Part shown: piece by piece, positions 30,074 through 38,092 of the stretch
Position numbering within the stretch: position 1 is the first letter of the stretch
How the letters are laid out: each line of letters begins with the position of its first letter
Assembly (NCBI GenBank): GCA_963841235.1
Contig: CAWJBU010000002.1
Coordinates: 321,274 to 385,273 of the forward strand
Reading direction: 5' to 3'
DNA from: an uncultured Acidobacteriota bacterium
GTDB taxonomy: Bacteria; Acidobacteriota; Terriglobia; Acidiferrales; UBA7541
Length of the DNA stretch: 64,000 bases
The notes under the pieces: generated by a model
Databases searched by the model: none
What the model saw: the letters and a program-made list of their open reading frames with translations, nothing else
What the model was told of the DNA's origin: nothing
Position numbers and translations under genes: made by a program

Positions 30074-30126
30074 CTCAGGTCTGTCCTTCGGCCCCGGTAA
30101 GGGGCCTCAGGATAGAAAGACCTGAG
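30074..30126. repeat. Nested palindromic repeat (CTCAGGTCT...GGCCCC-GGTAA-GGGGCC...AGACCTGAG)
   Basis: Outer 9-bp stem is 30074-30082 / 30118-30126, with an inner 6-bp stem. An inverted related copy lies at 54112-54158, and a short form at 37099-37118. It overlaps the last 16 codons and the stop codon of the MocR gene. Confidence 0.8.
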
Positions 30127-31610
30127 CTACATATAACTCGCAGCTTGCGGATGCCGTCGTGGATTTGATCTGCGTTGGCGCCGCCGTAGCCGAGGATCAG
30201 GCCGCCTCGCGGTGGCGGGGTCATGTAGCAGCTGGAAAGGGGTTGCGCGGAGATGCCTTGCTTGGCGGCGTTTCTTGCTACCGACTCGTCGTTTGTGCCT
30301 GCTGGCAGGAGGGCTACCAGGTGCATGCCTGCTTCGGCGCCGATTACCTCCAGTAGATCTTCCATTTCGGCGCGGATGGCTCTCACCAGCGTGGTTCGCC
30401 TTTCCATATAGAGCATGCGCATGCGACGGATGTGGCGGGCGAAATGGCCTTCCTGGATGAAGTCGGTCATTACGGCTTGATAGAGCGTTGAGGAGAAGAC
30501 GTCGGCGGCGTCGCGAACGGCGGAGAAGGCCGGCAGCAAATCCTTGGGGACGACTACGTAGCCGAGACGCAGGGCCGGGAACATGACTTTGCTGAACGTC
30601 CCGATATAAATCACGCGGGCGTCGGTGTCCTGGCCTTGCAGCGAGGCGATGGGGCGGCTGGCGAAGCGATATTCGCTGTCGTAATCGTCTTCGATGATCC
30701 AGGCGCCGGAGCGCACGGCCCAATTGAGGAGCAACATGCGGCGAGTGGCGCTCATGGTCATGCCCATCGGATATTGATGCGACGGAGTGATGTAGACCGC
30801 GCGAGCGTCACGCGCGCGGCGCATGATCGCGGCTACGTCCACTCCTTCTTGATCTACCGGGATCGGAATCAGACGGGCGCCGGCTGAGAGGAATGCGTGG
30901 CGGGCGCCGTGATAGCCAGGCTCTTCTATGCACACCGCGTCGTTGGCATCCAGCAAAACTAGTGCCGAGAGTTGCAGGCCCTGCTGCGAGCCGGTGGTGA
31001 TCAGAATTTGCGAAGGATCGCAGCGCACGCCGCGAGCCGCGCCCAAATACTTGGCGATGGCCTCGCGCAGCGGCGGATGTCCCATGGCGTCGTGATAGGC
31101 CATGATGCCGTGCGCGGGTCTTCTGGAATGACGGGCCACCAGTTTTGACCAATCGCCGAGGGGGAAGTGGTCGAGGGCGGGAAGGCTGACTCTGAACGCG
31201 CCGAGATTGTTCAGCCACGACTGCTCGGGCAGGCGGGTGAAAGCGGCGGCTAGGCGCGACATCCGCCGCGGGCCGGACTTGCGGACTCTTCTTTGCTGCC
31301 CTGGCCGCAATTTTGCGGCTGCCGGTCTAACGGCGTCGTCCGGGATCGAGCTGGCGACACAGGTGCCTGCGCCGACGAAGGTTTCGAAGTAGCCTTCGGC
31401 GTGCAGTTGCTCGAAGGCGTTTAGCACAGGAATGCGCGAGATATTCAATTCCGCCGCGAGGTTTCTGGTGGAGGGGACACGCTGGGCGGGGCGCAAGCGG
31501 CCGTCGAGGATGGCCTGACGAAACCAATCGTACAGTTGGCGGTAAAGCGGGAACTTGCCGGCGGGTTGAAGGGAGATCGGCGGGAGGAAGCTGGCAGAAA
31601 CGCGTTTCAT
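30075..31610 (-). CDS. MocR/PdxR-type regulator (GntR wHTH fused to a PLP-dependent aminotransferase-fold domain)
   Basis: 'LYRQLYDWFRQAILDGRLRPAQRVPSTRNLAAELNISRIPVLNAFEQLHAEGY' is the GntR HTH. The aminotransferase fold carries the PLP-Lys block 'GTFSKVMFPALRLGYVV'. I place the start at ATG 31610. Confidence 0.88.
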   Translation of the reverse strand: MKRVSASFLPPISLQPAGKFPLYRQLYDWFRQAILDGRLRPAQRVPSTRNLAAELNISRIPVLNAFEQLHAEGYFETFVGAGTCVASSIPDDAVRPAAAKLRPGQQRRVRKSGPRRMSRLAAAFTRLPEQSWLNNLGAFRVSLPALDHFPLGDWSKLVARHSRRPAHGIMAYHDAMGHPPLREAIAKYLGAARGVRCDPSQILITTGSQQGLQLSALVLLDANDAVCIEEPGYHGARHAFLSAGARLIPIPVDQEGVDVAAIMRRARDARAVYITPSHQYPMGMTMSATRRMLLLNWAVRSGAWIIEDDYDSEYRFASRPIASLQGQDTDARVIYIGTFSKVMFPALRLGYVVVPKDLLPAFSAVRDAADVFSSTLYQAVMTDFIQEGHFARHIRRMRMLYMERRTTLVRAIRAEMEDLLEVIGAEAGMHLVALLPAGTNDESVARNAAKQGISAQPLSSCYMTPPPRGGLILGYGGANADQIHDGIRKLRVICSSGLSILRPLTGAEGQT

Positions 31611-31723
31611 TCTGGATGCTCCAAAGTGGTCATACCGTATCACACCAAAGTGGCTATTGCGAGAGACCACTGAACGGACTAGCTTGTCCTGCGGGCGGCT
31701 TCGAGCCGCGGGGAGGATGAACT

Positions 31724-32389
31724 ATGAAGCGACTTGGGACATTATCGATTTGCTGCTTGTTTGGTGCTGCGGGTTTTGTCATCTACTCGGGCCAAAGCTT
31801 TGCGCGCGCGGGTTCGAATGCAGCCCGAAAGCATGAACGGCCTCGAAATCCCGGCGCGGCGGCACAGAATCCAGGTGCCGGACAGACGGCGGCGGCTGCG
31901 AGGGACGGGCAGCACGATTTTGATTTCGAGCTGGGTACCTGGAAAATTCACTTGAAGCGCCTCGAGCATCCTCTGACCGGGTCCACGTCCTGGGTTGAGT
32001 TCGACGGGACGTCCGTGACGCGAAAGGTTTGGGATGGGCGGGCGCAGATCGAGGAATTTGAAACGGACGGCACTGCGGGTCACATCGAAGGCCTGACTCT
32101 GCGTATGTACAATCCCGAATCGCATCAGTGGAGCCTCAATTGGGCCAACAGCAGGACTGGCGTTTTGGGCCAGCCGACCATCGGCGAGTTCAAGAATGGA
32201 CGGGGTGAATTCTTCGACCAAGAGGCGATTAATGGTCGGACGATTCTGGTGCGGTTTATTTGGTCGGAGATTACGCCGAATTCGGCGCACTTTGAGCAGT
32301 CTTTCTCGGACGATGGAGGGAAGACCTGGGAAGCGAATTGGGTTACGGACCAGACGCAGGTGAAAGATGAAGCGGATAAGACGCACTGA
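31724..32389 (+). CDS. Secreted protein of unknown function (possibly DUF1579/lipocalin-like), paralog 1
   Basis: GGAGGA RBS and signal peptide 'MKRLGTLSICCLFGAAGFVIYSGQSFA'. Core begins 'DGQHDFDFELGTWK...'. The family assignment is from memory and tentative. Confidence 0.7.
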   Translation: MKRLGTLSICCLFGAAGFVIYSGQSFARAGSNAARKHERPRNPGAAAQNPGAGQTAAAARDGQHDFDFELGTWKIHLKRLEHPLTGSTSWVEFDGTSVTRKVWDGRAQIEEFETDGTAGHIEGLTLRMYNPESHQWSLNWANSRTGVLGQPTIGEFKNGRGEFFDQEAINGRTILVRFIWSEITPNSAHFEQSFSDDGGKTWEANWVTDQTQVKDEADKTH

Positions 32390-32999
32390 GCGCGGCGAGA
32401 CGCGCGGCAGGGACGCGAGAAAACAGATTCGGACTTATGTTCTCGCTTGTGGATTGTGTGCTGTCCTGCTGCCTCTTTGGGGAATTAGAGCGCAACAGGC
32501 TGCGGCGCGGCGCGATGGGCAGCACGATTTTGATTTTGAAATTGGAACCTGGAAGACGCATCTTTCGCGGCTGGTGCATCCGCTGAGCGGGTCCACGACC
32601 TGGGCCACGTATGAGGGAATTTCTGTGGTGCGGAAAATTTGGGATGGGCGCGCGAATTTGGTGGAACTCGAGGCCGATGGGGCTTCGGGGCACATCGAAG
32701 GGCTGTCGTTGCGTCTTTACAATCCCGAGTCGCACCAGTGGAGTCTTAATTATGCCAACAGCAGGGGCGGTTCGTTGAGCGTGCCGACGATTGGCGAGTT
32801 CAGGAATGGGCGCGGGGAGTTTTACGATCAGGAGGAATTCAACGGAAGAATGATTTTGGTGCGGAATGTGTGGTCGGAGATTACGGCGGAGTCATGCCGG
32901 TTTGAGCAGGCGTTTTCGGATGATGGGGGGAAGAATTGGGAAGTGAATTGGATTGCGATGGATACGCGGGTGAAAGACGGGGTTGTGGGGTCGCGGTGA
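32367..32999 (+). CDS. Secreted protein of unknown function, paralog 2 (tandem duplicate)
   Basis: Core 'DGQHDFDFEIGTWKTHLSRLVHPLSGST...YNPESHQWSLNYANSR...FSDDGGKNWEVNW' is roughly two-thirds identical by eye to the preceding gene. The two overlap by 23 nt. Confidence 0.7.
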   Translation: MKRIRRTERGETRGRDARKQIRTYVLACGLCAVLLPLWGIRAQQAAARRDGQHDFDFEIGTWKTHLSRLVHPLSGSTTWATYEGISVVRKIWDGRANLVELEADGASGHIEGLSLRLYNPESHQWSLNYANSRGGSLSVPTIGEFRNGRGEFYDQEEFNGRMILVRNVWSEITAESCRFEQAFSDDGGKNWEVNWIAMDTRVKDGVVGSR

Positions 33000-33060
33000 G
33001 TCGGGGGGCGATATGTTCGAGATGAGTCGTTGGCGTCAGTAGTTGCGGGGATGGGACGCT

Positions 33061-33098
33061 TAGATCCTTAGTCCGCCTAGGCGGACTCAGGATGACAG
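33061..33098 (-). repeat. Palindromic repeat, 'GTCATCC...GGATCT' family
   Basis: The minus strand reads 'tgtcatcctgagtccgcctaggcggactaaggatcta', with stem TAGTCCGCC/GGCGGACT(C)A. Confidence 0.8.
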
Positions 33099-33435
33099 CG
33101 CTTTCTACTTTTTGCGCAAAATGTCAGGACGTCGCCCCGACAAGACTTCGCGGCACGCGAACAGAGTTCAAAGGCCGACCGAATCTCCGAGTTATCCTGC
33201 CATTCTCTAATTAGCGTATGCAGTTGACACATGAGCAATTTAGCGCTACGGTGTACTCAATCACGTCCCACTTGAGAGAGTTGGTCTCGCCCGTACGCCG
33301 GGTCGGAAATCGTTAACAATCGAATGCTGGCGCGGGAGGAGGCCCACCACCGGATTGGTGTAGCTCTCACAATCCGAAACTATCAATTCGCACGCTAGGG
33401 CCTGATGGATCGACGGAGTTTTGGGAAATCGGGCC

Positions 33436-34926
33436 ATGGAAAAAGTACAACTGCTTGTGGATTTGCAACTGCTGGTAACCATCTTCCTGGTTACGCTGCT
33501 GTGGTCTTTTTCTGCGCGGCTCCGCAAACAAGAATTTTTTAGGTTGTGGGCATGGGCGTGGACGTCGTTCGCCGCCTACCTCGGATTGGGCGCGCTTTCG
33601 TTCCGCGTGGCGGCGCAGTGGCACTTGGTGAAGGAAGTCGCGACGCTGGTGTCCGTGGAAGCAGGATTCTTGCAGGTTTCACTTCTCGTCCTCGGCGTGT
33701 TGAGCCTGCAAACGGGGGAGAGGCCTCCACCGCAGCGGATGAGGGTGGGGCTGGGACTCGGTCTCGCAGCAGGTGCGTTGAGCTTTGCGGTTTCGCGGAT
33801 GCTGACGGATGTGCCTCTCACCAGCTTCTCTCTGCGCAACGCGGCGCGAACCGTGGCGCTCGGTGTGGCGCTCTTGTTCTGCGCGCGGGTTTTTCTCAAG
33901 AATTGGCGTGCGAGCCGCTCGTGGGCGGAACTTGTGACCGCGATTTTTTGCGCGTTGTACGCCATTGATCAAGGTCTGTATAGCGTTGCGGCCATCAGAT
34001 ACTTGATCGTCGGCTCGCGAGCCGGGCCCGCTGAAATGTTTGACCTTAGCCTGCTGATACGTCCTTTGTGGCTCATTCTGGATTCCATCTATACGTTTGG
34101 CATCGGGATCGGCGTGGTGATGATGCTGCTTGAAAAACACGAGCGCATCCAGCGTGCTTTGTCCGAAGGGGATGTCTATACCAAGAACGTCTCGGAGCGG
34201 AATGCCGACTTGCAGGCGGAAATTTTTCGGCGCGAACATGCGGAAAGGGAACTGCGCAATTTGAGCATCCGGCTCATGCAGGCGCAGGGGGAGGAACGGA
34301 GCAGCATCGCTCGCGAGCTGCACGACGAAATCGGGACAGAACTCTTGCTGGTGAAGCTGAAACTCACGGAAATGAAGAAAGAATGCGCGGAGAAAAGGCT
34401 GCCATTGGCCGGGGCGATAGAAGCGGCTTTGGCGGAAATCCGAGCCGTCGGCGAACGCGTTCGGATTCTATCGCACCAGGTATATTCCTCTTCTCTCGAA
34501 TTGCTCGGACTGGTTCCGGCACTGACGGAGTACTGCAAGGAATTCGGTGAGCGAAGTCAAATGAAGATTGAATTCGTTCATGCCGACGTCCCGACTGTGC
34601 TCCCACGCGAGATTGTGGTTTGCCTCTATCGCATTGCGCAGGAGGCTTTGCGCAACGCACAAACGCACAGCGGAGCCTGCTGTGCTCGCGTGGAGCTGAC
34701 GGTTCCGTCAAGCAGGCTGCAGTTGTGCATATCGGACAAAGGAAAAGGATTCGATCCTGCGGTTGTCGGAGGAGGGCAAGGGTTGGGGCTTGCCAGCATG
34801 GCGGAACGCGTGCGGAATTTGGGTGGCCAGTTTTCGGTGCAGTCGCAGCCCGGAGGAGGAACTTCGATCACGGCTTCTTTCGAGATTGCCGGCAGACCTG
34901 CAAGAACTATCCCAAAAGCGAATTGA
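33436..34926 (+). CDS. Sensor histidine kinase (HisKA_3 / NarL-partner type) with a polytopic membrane sensor domain
   Basis: About 7 predicted TM segments in the first ~240 aa. H-box 'ERSSIARELHDEIG'. HATPase block 'DKGKGFDP...GLGLASMAERVRNLGGQFSVQSQPGGGTS'. The start is ATG 33436 or TTG 33421. No response regulator is adjacent. Confidence 0.85.
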   Translation: MEKVQLLVDLQLLVTIFLVTLLWSFSARLRKQEFFRLWAWAWTSFAAYLGLGALSFRVAAQWHLVKEVATLVSVEAGFLQVSLLVLGVLSLQTGERPPPQRMRVGLGLGLAAGALSFAVSRMLTDVPLTSFSLRNAARTVALGVALLFCARVFLKNWRASRSWAELVTAIFCALYAIDQGLYSVAAIRYLIVGSRAGPAEMFDLSLLIRPLWLILDSIYTFGIGIGVVMMLLEKHERIQRALSEGDVYTKNVSERNADLQAEIFRREHAERELRNLSIRLMQAQGEERSSIARELHDEIGTELLLVKLKLTEMKKECAEKRLPLAGAIEAALAEIRAVGERVRILSHQVYSSSLELLGLVPALTEYCKEFGERSQMKIEFVHADVPTVLPREIVVCLYRIAQEALRNAQTHSGACCARVELTVPSSRLQLCISDKGKGFDPAVVGGGQGLGLASMAERVRNLGGQFSVQSQPGGGTSITASFEIAGRPARTIPKAN

Positions 34927-35025
34927 ACTGAAAAACCAACGGCGATTGGCCATCAATGCGGCCGAGCCGGCGATGCGTTGGAACGTGCAACGTTTGGCGG
35001 GGGTCGTGTATGCTGCGGGTCGGTT

Positions 35026-36138
35026 ATGGGGCGAAATTTTACTTTTGGCGTTGTCGGCGGCTATGGGGCTGCTGGGAGAGCCGTCGCGGCGGAGCTGCGG
35101 AAATCTTGCGGCGGGGCGATTCTTGTCGGCGGGCGCGACTTGGCGCTGGCGACTGGTGCCGCGGCGGAACTTGATGGACGGGGGACGGCGGCGCGGTTGG
35201 ATGTGCTTGATGCCCGCTCGCTGGACGAATTTTGCGGGCGATGCGCGATCATCGTGAATTGCGCGGGACCGGTGATGATGTTGCAGGATCGCGTGGCGCA
35301 GGCGGCTTTTCGGGAGCGGTGCCATTACGTGGATGCGGCGGGGATGTCGTGCGTGAAGGAACGCATGACGGCGCACGGCGGCGAGATTGAAAGCGCGGGC
35401 TTGTCGTTCGTGATTTCGGCTGGGTGGATGCCGGGGATTAGCGAGGTGGTGCCGGTTTACGCAGCGGCTCGGGCTCGGGTTGAGATGCAGACGATCGAGT
35501 CGCTGTCAGTTTATTTCGCGGACTCGGGCGAGTGGTCGGTGAATGCTTTGCGCGATGCCGTGAGGTTTATTCGACAGACGGGATTGCGCAGGGCCGGCTA
35601 TTTTCGCAAGGGCGAGTGGACGCGGGCGAAGATGTCGGAGACTTCGCGGCGCGTCGATTTGGGTGCGCCTGTGGGGCCGGGGCGGTTCGCTATGTTTTCG
35701 ACGCCGGAGCTTGAGGAGGTGGGGCGCGGATTCAAGGATTTTGACGTCTTCACTTACAGTTACCTCTCGGGATTGCGGACGGTGGCGGCCTCGATTTTGA
35801 TGGCTGCCGTGCCGATGCCCGAGGGGCTTGGCGTGCGCTTGATGCGCGGAGTGTTTCGCAGAAACCGATTGCCTGTGGATGGGTTTGCTGCGGCTGAGGT
35901 ACTGGGGATTTTGCAGGGGCGGAAGCAATCGCTGAGCGTGCAGATTGTTTACCGGCAGCGGCGCGATTATTGGATTCACGGAGTGGCGCTGGCGGCTGCA
36001 GCGCGCTTGATTTCGGAAGGTAAGGGCGTGCGGAGCGGCGTTCATTTTTTGGCTGAGGCGGTCGAGCCGGGTGCATTCATGGCGGAACTGCGAAGGGCTG
36101 GAGTTGAAGTAATTGAGAAGATTGAACCGCGGGGATGA
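35026..36138 (+). CDS. Saccharopine-dehydrogenase-like NAD(P)-binding protein
   Basis: Rossmann start 'FTFGVVGGYGAAGRAVAAEL' and 'IIVNCAGP'. 370 aa from ATG 35026. Confidence 0.65.
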   Translation: MGRNFTFGVVGGYGAAGRAVAAELRKSCGGAILVGGRDLALATGAAAELDGRGTAARLDVLDARSLDEFCGRCAIIVNCAGPVMMLQDRVAQAAFRERCHYVDAAGMSCVKERMTAHGGEIESAGLSFVISAGWMPGISEVVPVYAAARARVEMQTIESLSVYFADSGEWSVNALRDAVRFIRQTGLRRAGYFRKGEWTRAKMSETSRRVDLGAPVGPGRFAMFSTPELEEVGRGFKDFDVFTYSYLSGLRTVAASILMAAVPMPEGLGVRLMRGVFRRNRLPVDGFAAAEVLGILQGRKQSLSVQIVYRQRRDYWIHGVALAAAARLISEGKGVRSGVHFLAEAVEPGAFMAELRRAGVEVIEKIEPRG

Positions 36139-36241
36139 AGCTGGCCGCCGGGAGTGAGCGCGTGCTGGGATTTTGGGGTTATGATGGGTGCAACCGGGAT
36201 TTGGAACCGGGCATCTTGATTAGCAGGGCGGGACCTTCGGC

Positions 36242-36934
36242 ATGATGAAGGCAATCAAATTCGGGTTGGCGGCTTCGGCTTGCGCTGGATTGGTGTTTGC
36301 TTTCGCCGGTGCGGGATGGGGGCAAGCGCGGGGGGAAGGCGGCGGGCATGTCGGAGGTGTTTCGCGCGCGCCGATGGCTCGGGTGGCGCCTTCGCGTGCG
36401 CCGGTCGCTCGAGTTGCGCCGAGGGTGGCTCGGCCTGTGAGTGCGAGATCCGTGGGGCCGACGCGCGTGAGCGGGGCGAACGCTGGCCGCGCGCGGGTGA
36501 CTTCGTTCCGCATGAGGCGCGATCGATTTGGGCGGTTGCACCGAGTGCGGGTGGTCACGTTTGTCGGGGCTGGTTATCCGGGATTTTATCCCGGCTTTTA
36601 CTCGGACTATTACCCGTATGACTACGGGTCTGATGAAGGTTCGTATGATACGACGCAGCAGACGGCGCCGGCTCCTAGCGAGCAGTATGCGCCGGCGGGG
36701 GGCGAGCCCGCTGCGGCTGCTACCGATGCCACTTCGCTGGATAGCGCTTCGCTCATTCTTGTGCGCAAGGATGGGCAGATCGTGACGCCGAATGCGTTCA
36801 CGATTTCTGGGGATCGGCTGGTGTACATCACGGCGCAAGGTGCGCGGCTTTCGTTCCCTGTGGCGGAGCTCGATAGGGAGACTACGCGGCAGATGAATGA
36901 GGCTAACGGTAACGTCGTCGCTATCCCTGACTGA
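36242..36934 (+). CDS. Hypothetical secreted low-complexity protein
   Basis: Signal peptide 'MMKAIKFGLAASACAGLVFAFAGAG', a duplicated decapeptide 'SRAP(M/V)ARVAP', and a Tyr/Pro/Gly-rich stretch 'GYPGFYPGFYSDYYPYDYG'. I preferred it over the Arg/Pro-rich antisense ORF 36179-36976. Confidence 0.55.
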   Translation: MMKAIKFGLAASACAGLVFAFAGAGWGQARGEGGGHVGGVSRAPMARVAPSRAPVARVAPRVARPVSARSVGPTRVSGANAGRARVTSFRMRRDRFGRLHRVRVVTFVGAGYPGFYPGFYSDYYPYDYGSDEGSYDTTQQTAPAPSEQYAPAGGEPAAAATDATSLDSASLILVRKDGQIVTPNAFTISGDRLVYITAQGARLSFPVAELDRETTRQMNEANGNVVAIPD

Positions 36935-36938
36935 ACGC

Positions 36939-36965
36939 GGTCGAACGGCTGCGTTCGACCTTTGA
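36939..36965 (+). terminator. Likely intrinsic terminator
   Basis: Perfect 8-bp stem GGTCGAAC/GTTCGACC with loop GGCTGC, 5 nt after the stop, followed by 'tttgac'. Confidence 0.6.
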
Positions 36966-37098
36966 CTGAATTCCACTGATTACCTGAGTGCTTCCCCGGA
37001 GATTTGCTGAACTTGGCGCCGCTTTGGCCGAGGACTTTGCGAGGGCGTTTGCGTGTGGGCTGGAGGTGCGTGGGGAAGACAGAGGAAAAGGCAAAGGC

Positions 37099-37118
37099 CT
37101 CGGGTCTGAAGACCTGAG
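37099..37118 (-). terminator. Hairpin CTCAGGTCT-TC-AGACCCGAG downstream of the ABM gene (short member of the 30074 repeat family)
   Basis: On the minus strand the hairpin begins 24 nt after the stop and is followed by 'gcctttgccttttcc'. Confidence 0.5.
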
Positions 37119-37141
37119 CTGCATCGGAGGAAAATCATCGG

Positions 37142-37504
37142 TTAGCGCGTTATGCCTTTCCAGATGCTGTAAATGGATGCGCCGATTTGGTTCAGGATGG
37201 CGGTGGCTTGCGGGCCGGGGTCGCCGTAGACTTCGAAATTCGTTACTGAGGCGATGTCGCGTAGCTTCGGCACTAACTGCTGCACGACCGGCCCGTTGAT
37301 GTGGGCTTGGACGGCGTCGGCATTGGCGTAGGTTTCGATCAGCTTGCAGGTTTTACGGTCCTTGCTGAGGCACCAGTCGTAGCCGCGGGCGCCGGTTTCG
37401 GTCTGCGTGCCTGCGACCATTTGCTGGACGAGGGCTTCGAATTTGGCGAAGTTCTCTTCGGGGATGGAAAGGCTGACGGTGAAGCGGACTTCGGGATTGG
37501 GCAT
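37142..37504 (-). CDS. Antibiotic-biosynthesis-monooxygenase (ABM) fold protein
   Basis: ATG 37504 follows AGGAG. The 120-aa product begins 'MPNPEVRFTVSLSIPEENFAKFEALVQQMV...AVQAHINGPVVQQL', typical of small ABM / quinol-monooxygenase-like proteins. The rest of ORF 37142-38047 is non-coding extension. Confidence 0.7.
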   Translation of the reverse strand: MPNPEVRFTVSLSIPEENFAKFEALVQQMVAGTQTETGARGYDWCLSKDRKTCKLIETYANADAVQAHINGPVVQQLVPKLRDIASVTNFEVYGDPGPQATAILNQIGASIYSIWKGITR

Positions 37505-37667
37505 GCGAGCTCCTGTTTTATTGCGGGCGCATCGTACGCTGGCCGTGACTTGGATGCAACGGGGTTCTGGAGGCTGGAGGCTAGACACTAGAGGCAGGAG
37601 AAAGGCACAGAGGGATCCTCGGTTGGCAACGCTTCGCGATGATGGCGGGATATCGAGTCGTGAAAAG

Positions 37668-37719
37668 TGAAAAACCCCACCTGCAACGACGGCGGGTGGG
37701 GCACCCGGCGCACGCGGGC
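37668..37719 (+). repeat. 52-nt hairpin repeat, copy 1 (…CCCCACCTGC-AACGAC-GGCGGGTGGGG…)
   Basis: 'gtgaaaaaccccacctgcaacgacggcgggtggggcacccggcgcacgcgggc'. About 90 % identical by eye to 38435-38486, in the same orientation. Confidence 0.85.
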
Positions 37720-37774
37720 TGAGAAGCAGTCGAGCATCGACTGTTTCCAGGCAGTTCCTATCCTGCCGATCTCC

Positions 37775-37816
37775 TGTATATACATTGTTGACACAGGAAG
37801 GAATTTGCGGCATGTT
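37775..37816 (+). promoter_or_regulatory. Possible mazEF promoter/operator
   Basis: Perfect 10-bp palindrome TGTATATACA (37775-37784), immediately before TTGACA (37788-37793). After 17 nt comes a weak -10, CATGTT (37811-37816). It lies 34 nt upstream of the mazE start. Confidence 0.3.
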
Positions 37817-37849
37817 TGGAGATAGCAGACAGAAGTGTGGAGGGAGATC

Positions 37850-38092
37850 TTGAGAGCAACGGTCAGAAAGTGGGGCAATAGCGCGGCGGTGCGAATTCCG
37901 GCTTCGGTGATGGAAGCGACGCAGTTGGAGCTGGATGAGGCGGTGGAGGTGCGCGAGGAGGCCGGGCGGATCGTCATCGAGCCGGTGCGCCAGAAATCTT
38001 ACGATCTGCGGAAGCTGATCGCAGCGATTAATCCCAGGAACCGGCATGAGCCAATTGATTTTGGGCGTAGTGAGGGCAAAGAGGTTTGGTGA
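37850..38092 (+). CDS. mazE: Type II antitoxin, MazE/AbrB-fold (SpoVT/AbrB domain)
   Basis: 'RATVRKWGNSAAVRIPASVMEATQL...VEVREEAGRIVIEP'. TTG start after GGAGGGAG. Its stop overlaps the mazF ATG (TGATG). Confidence 0.85.
   Translation: MRATVRKWGNSAAVRIPASVMEATQLELDEAVEVREEAGRIVIEPVRQKSYDLRKLIAAINPRNRHEPIDFGRSEGKEVW

Noticed and set aside
36179-36976. 265-aa minus-strand ORF overlapping 36242-36934.
   Set aside because: It is extremely Arg/Pro/Ser/His-rich and has no start context or signal. The plus-strand ORF has a signal peptide and a downstream terminator. Some residual uncertainty remains.
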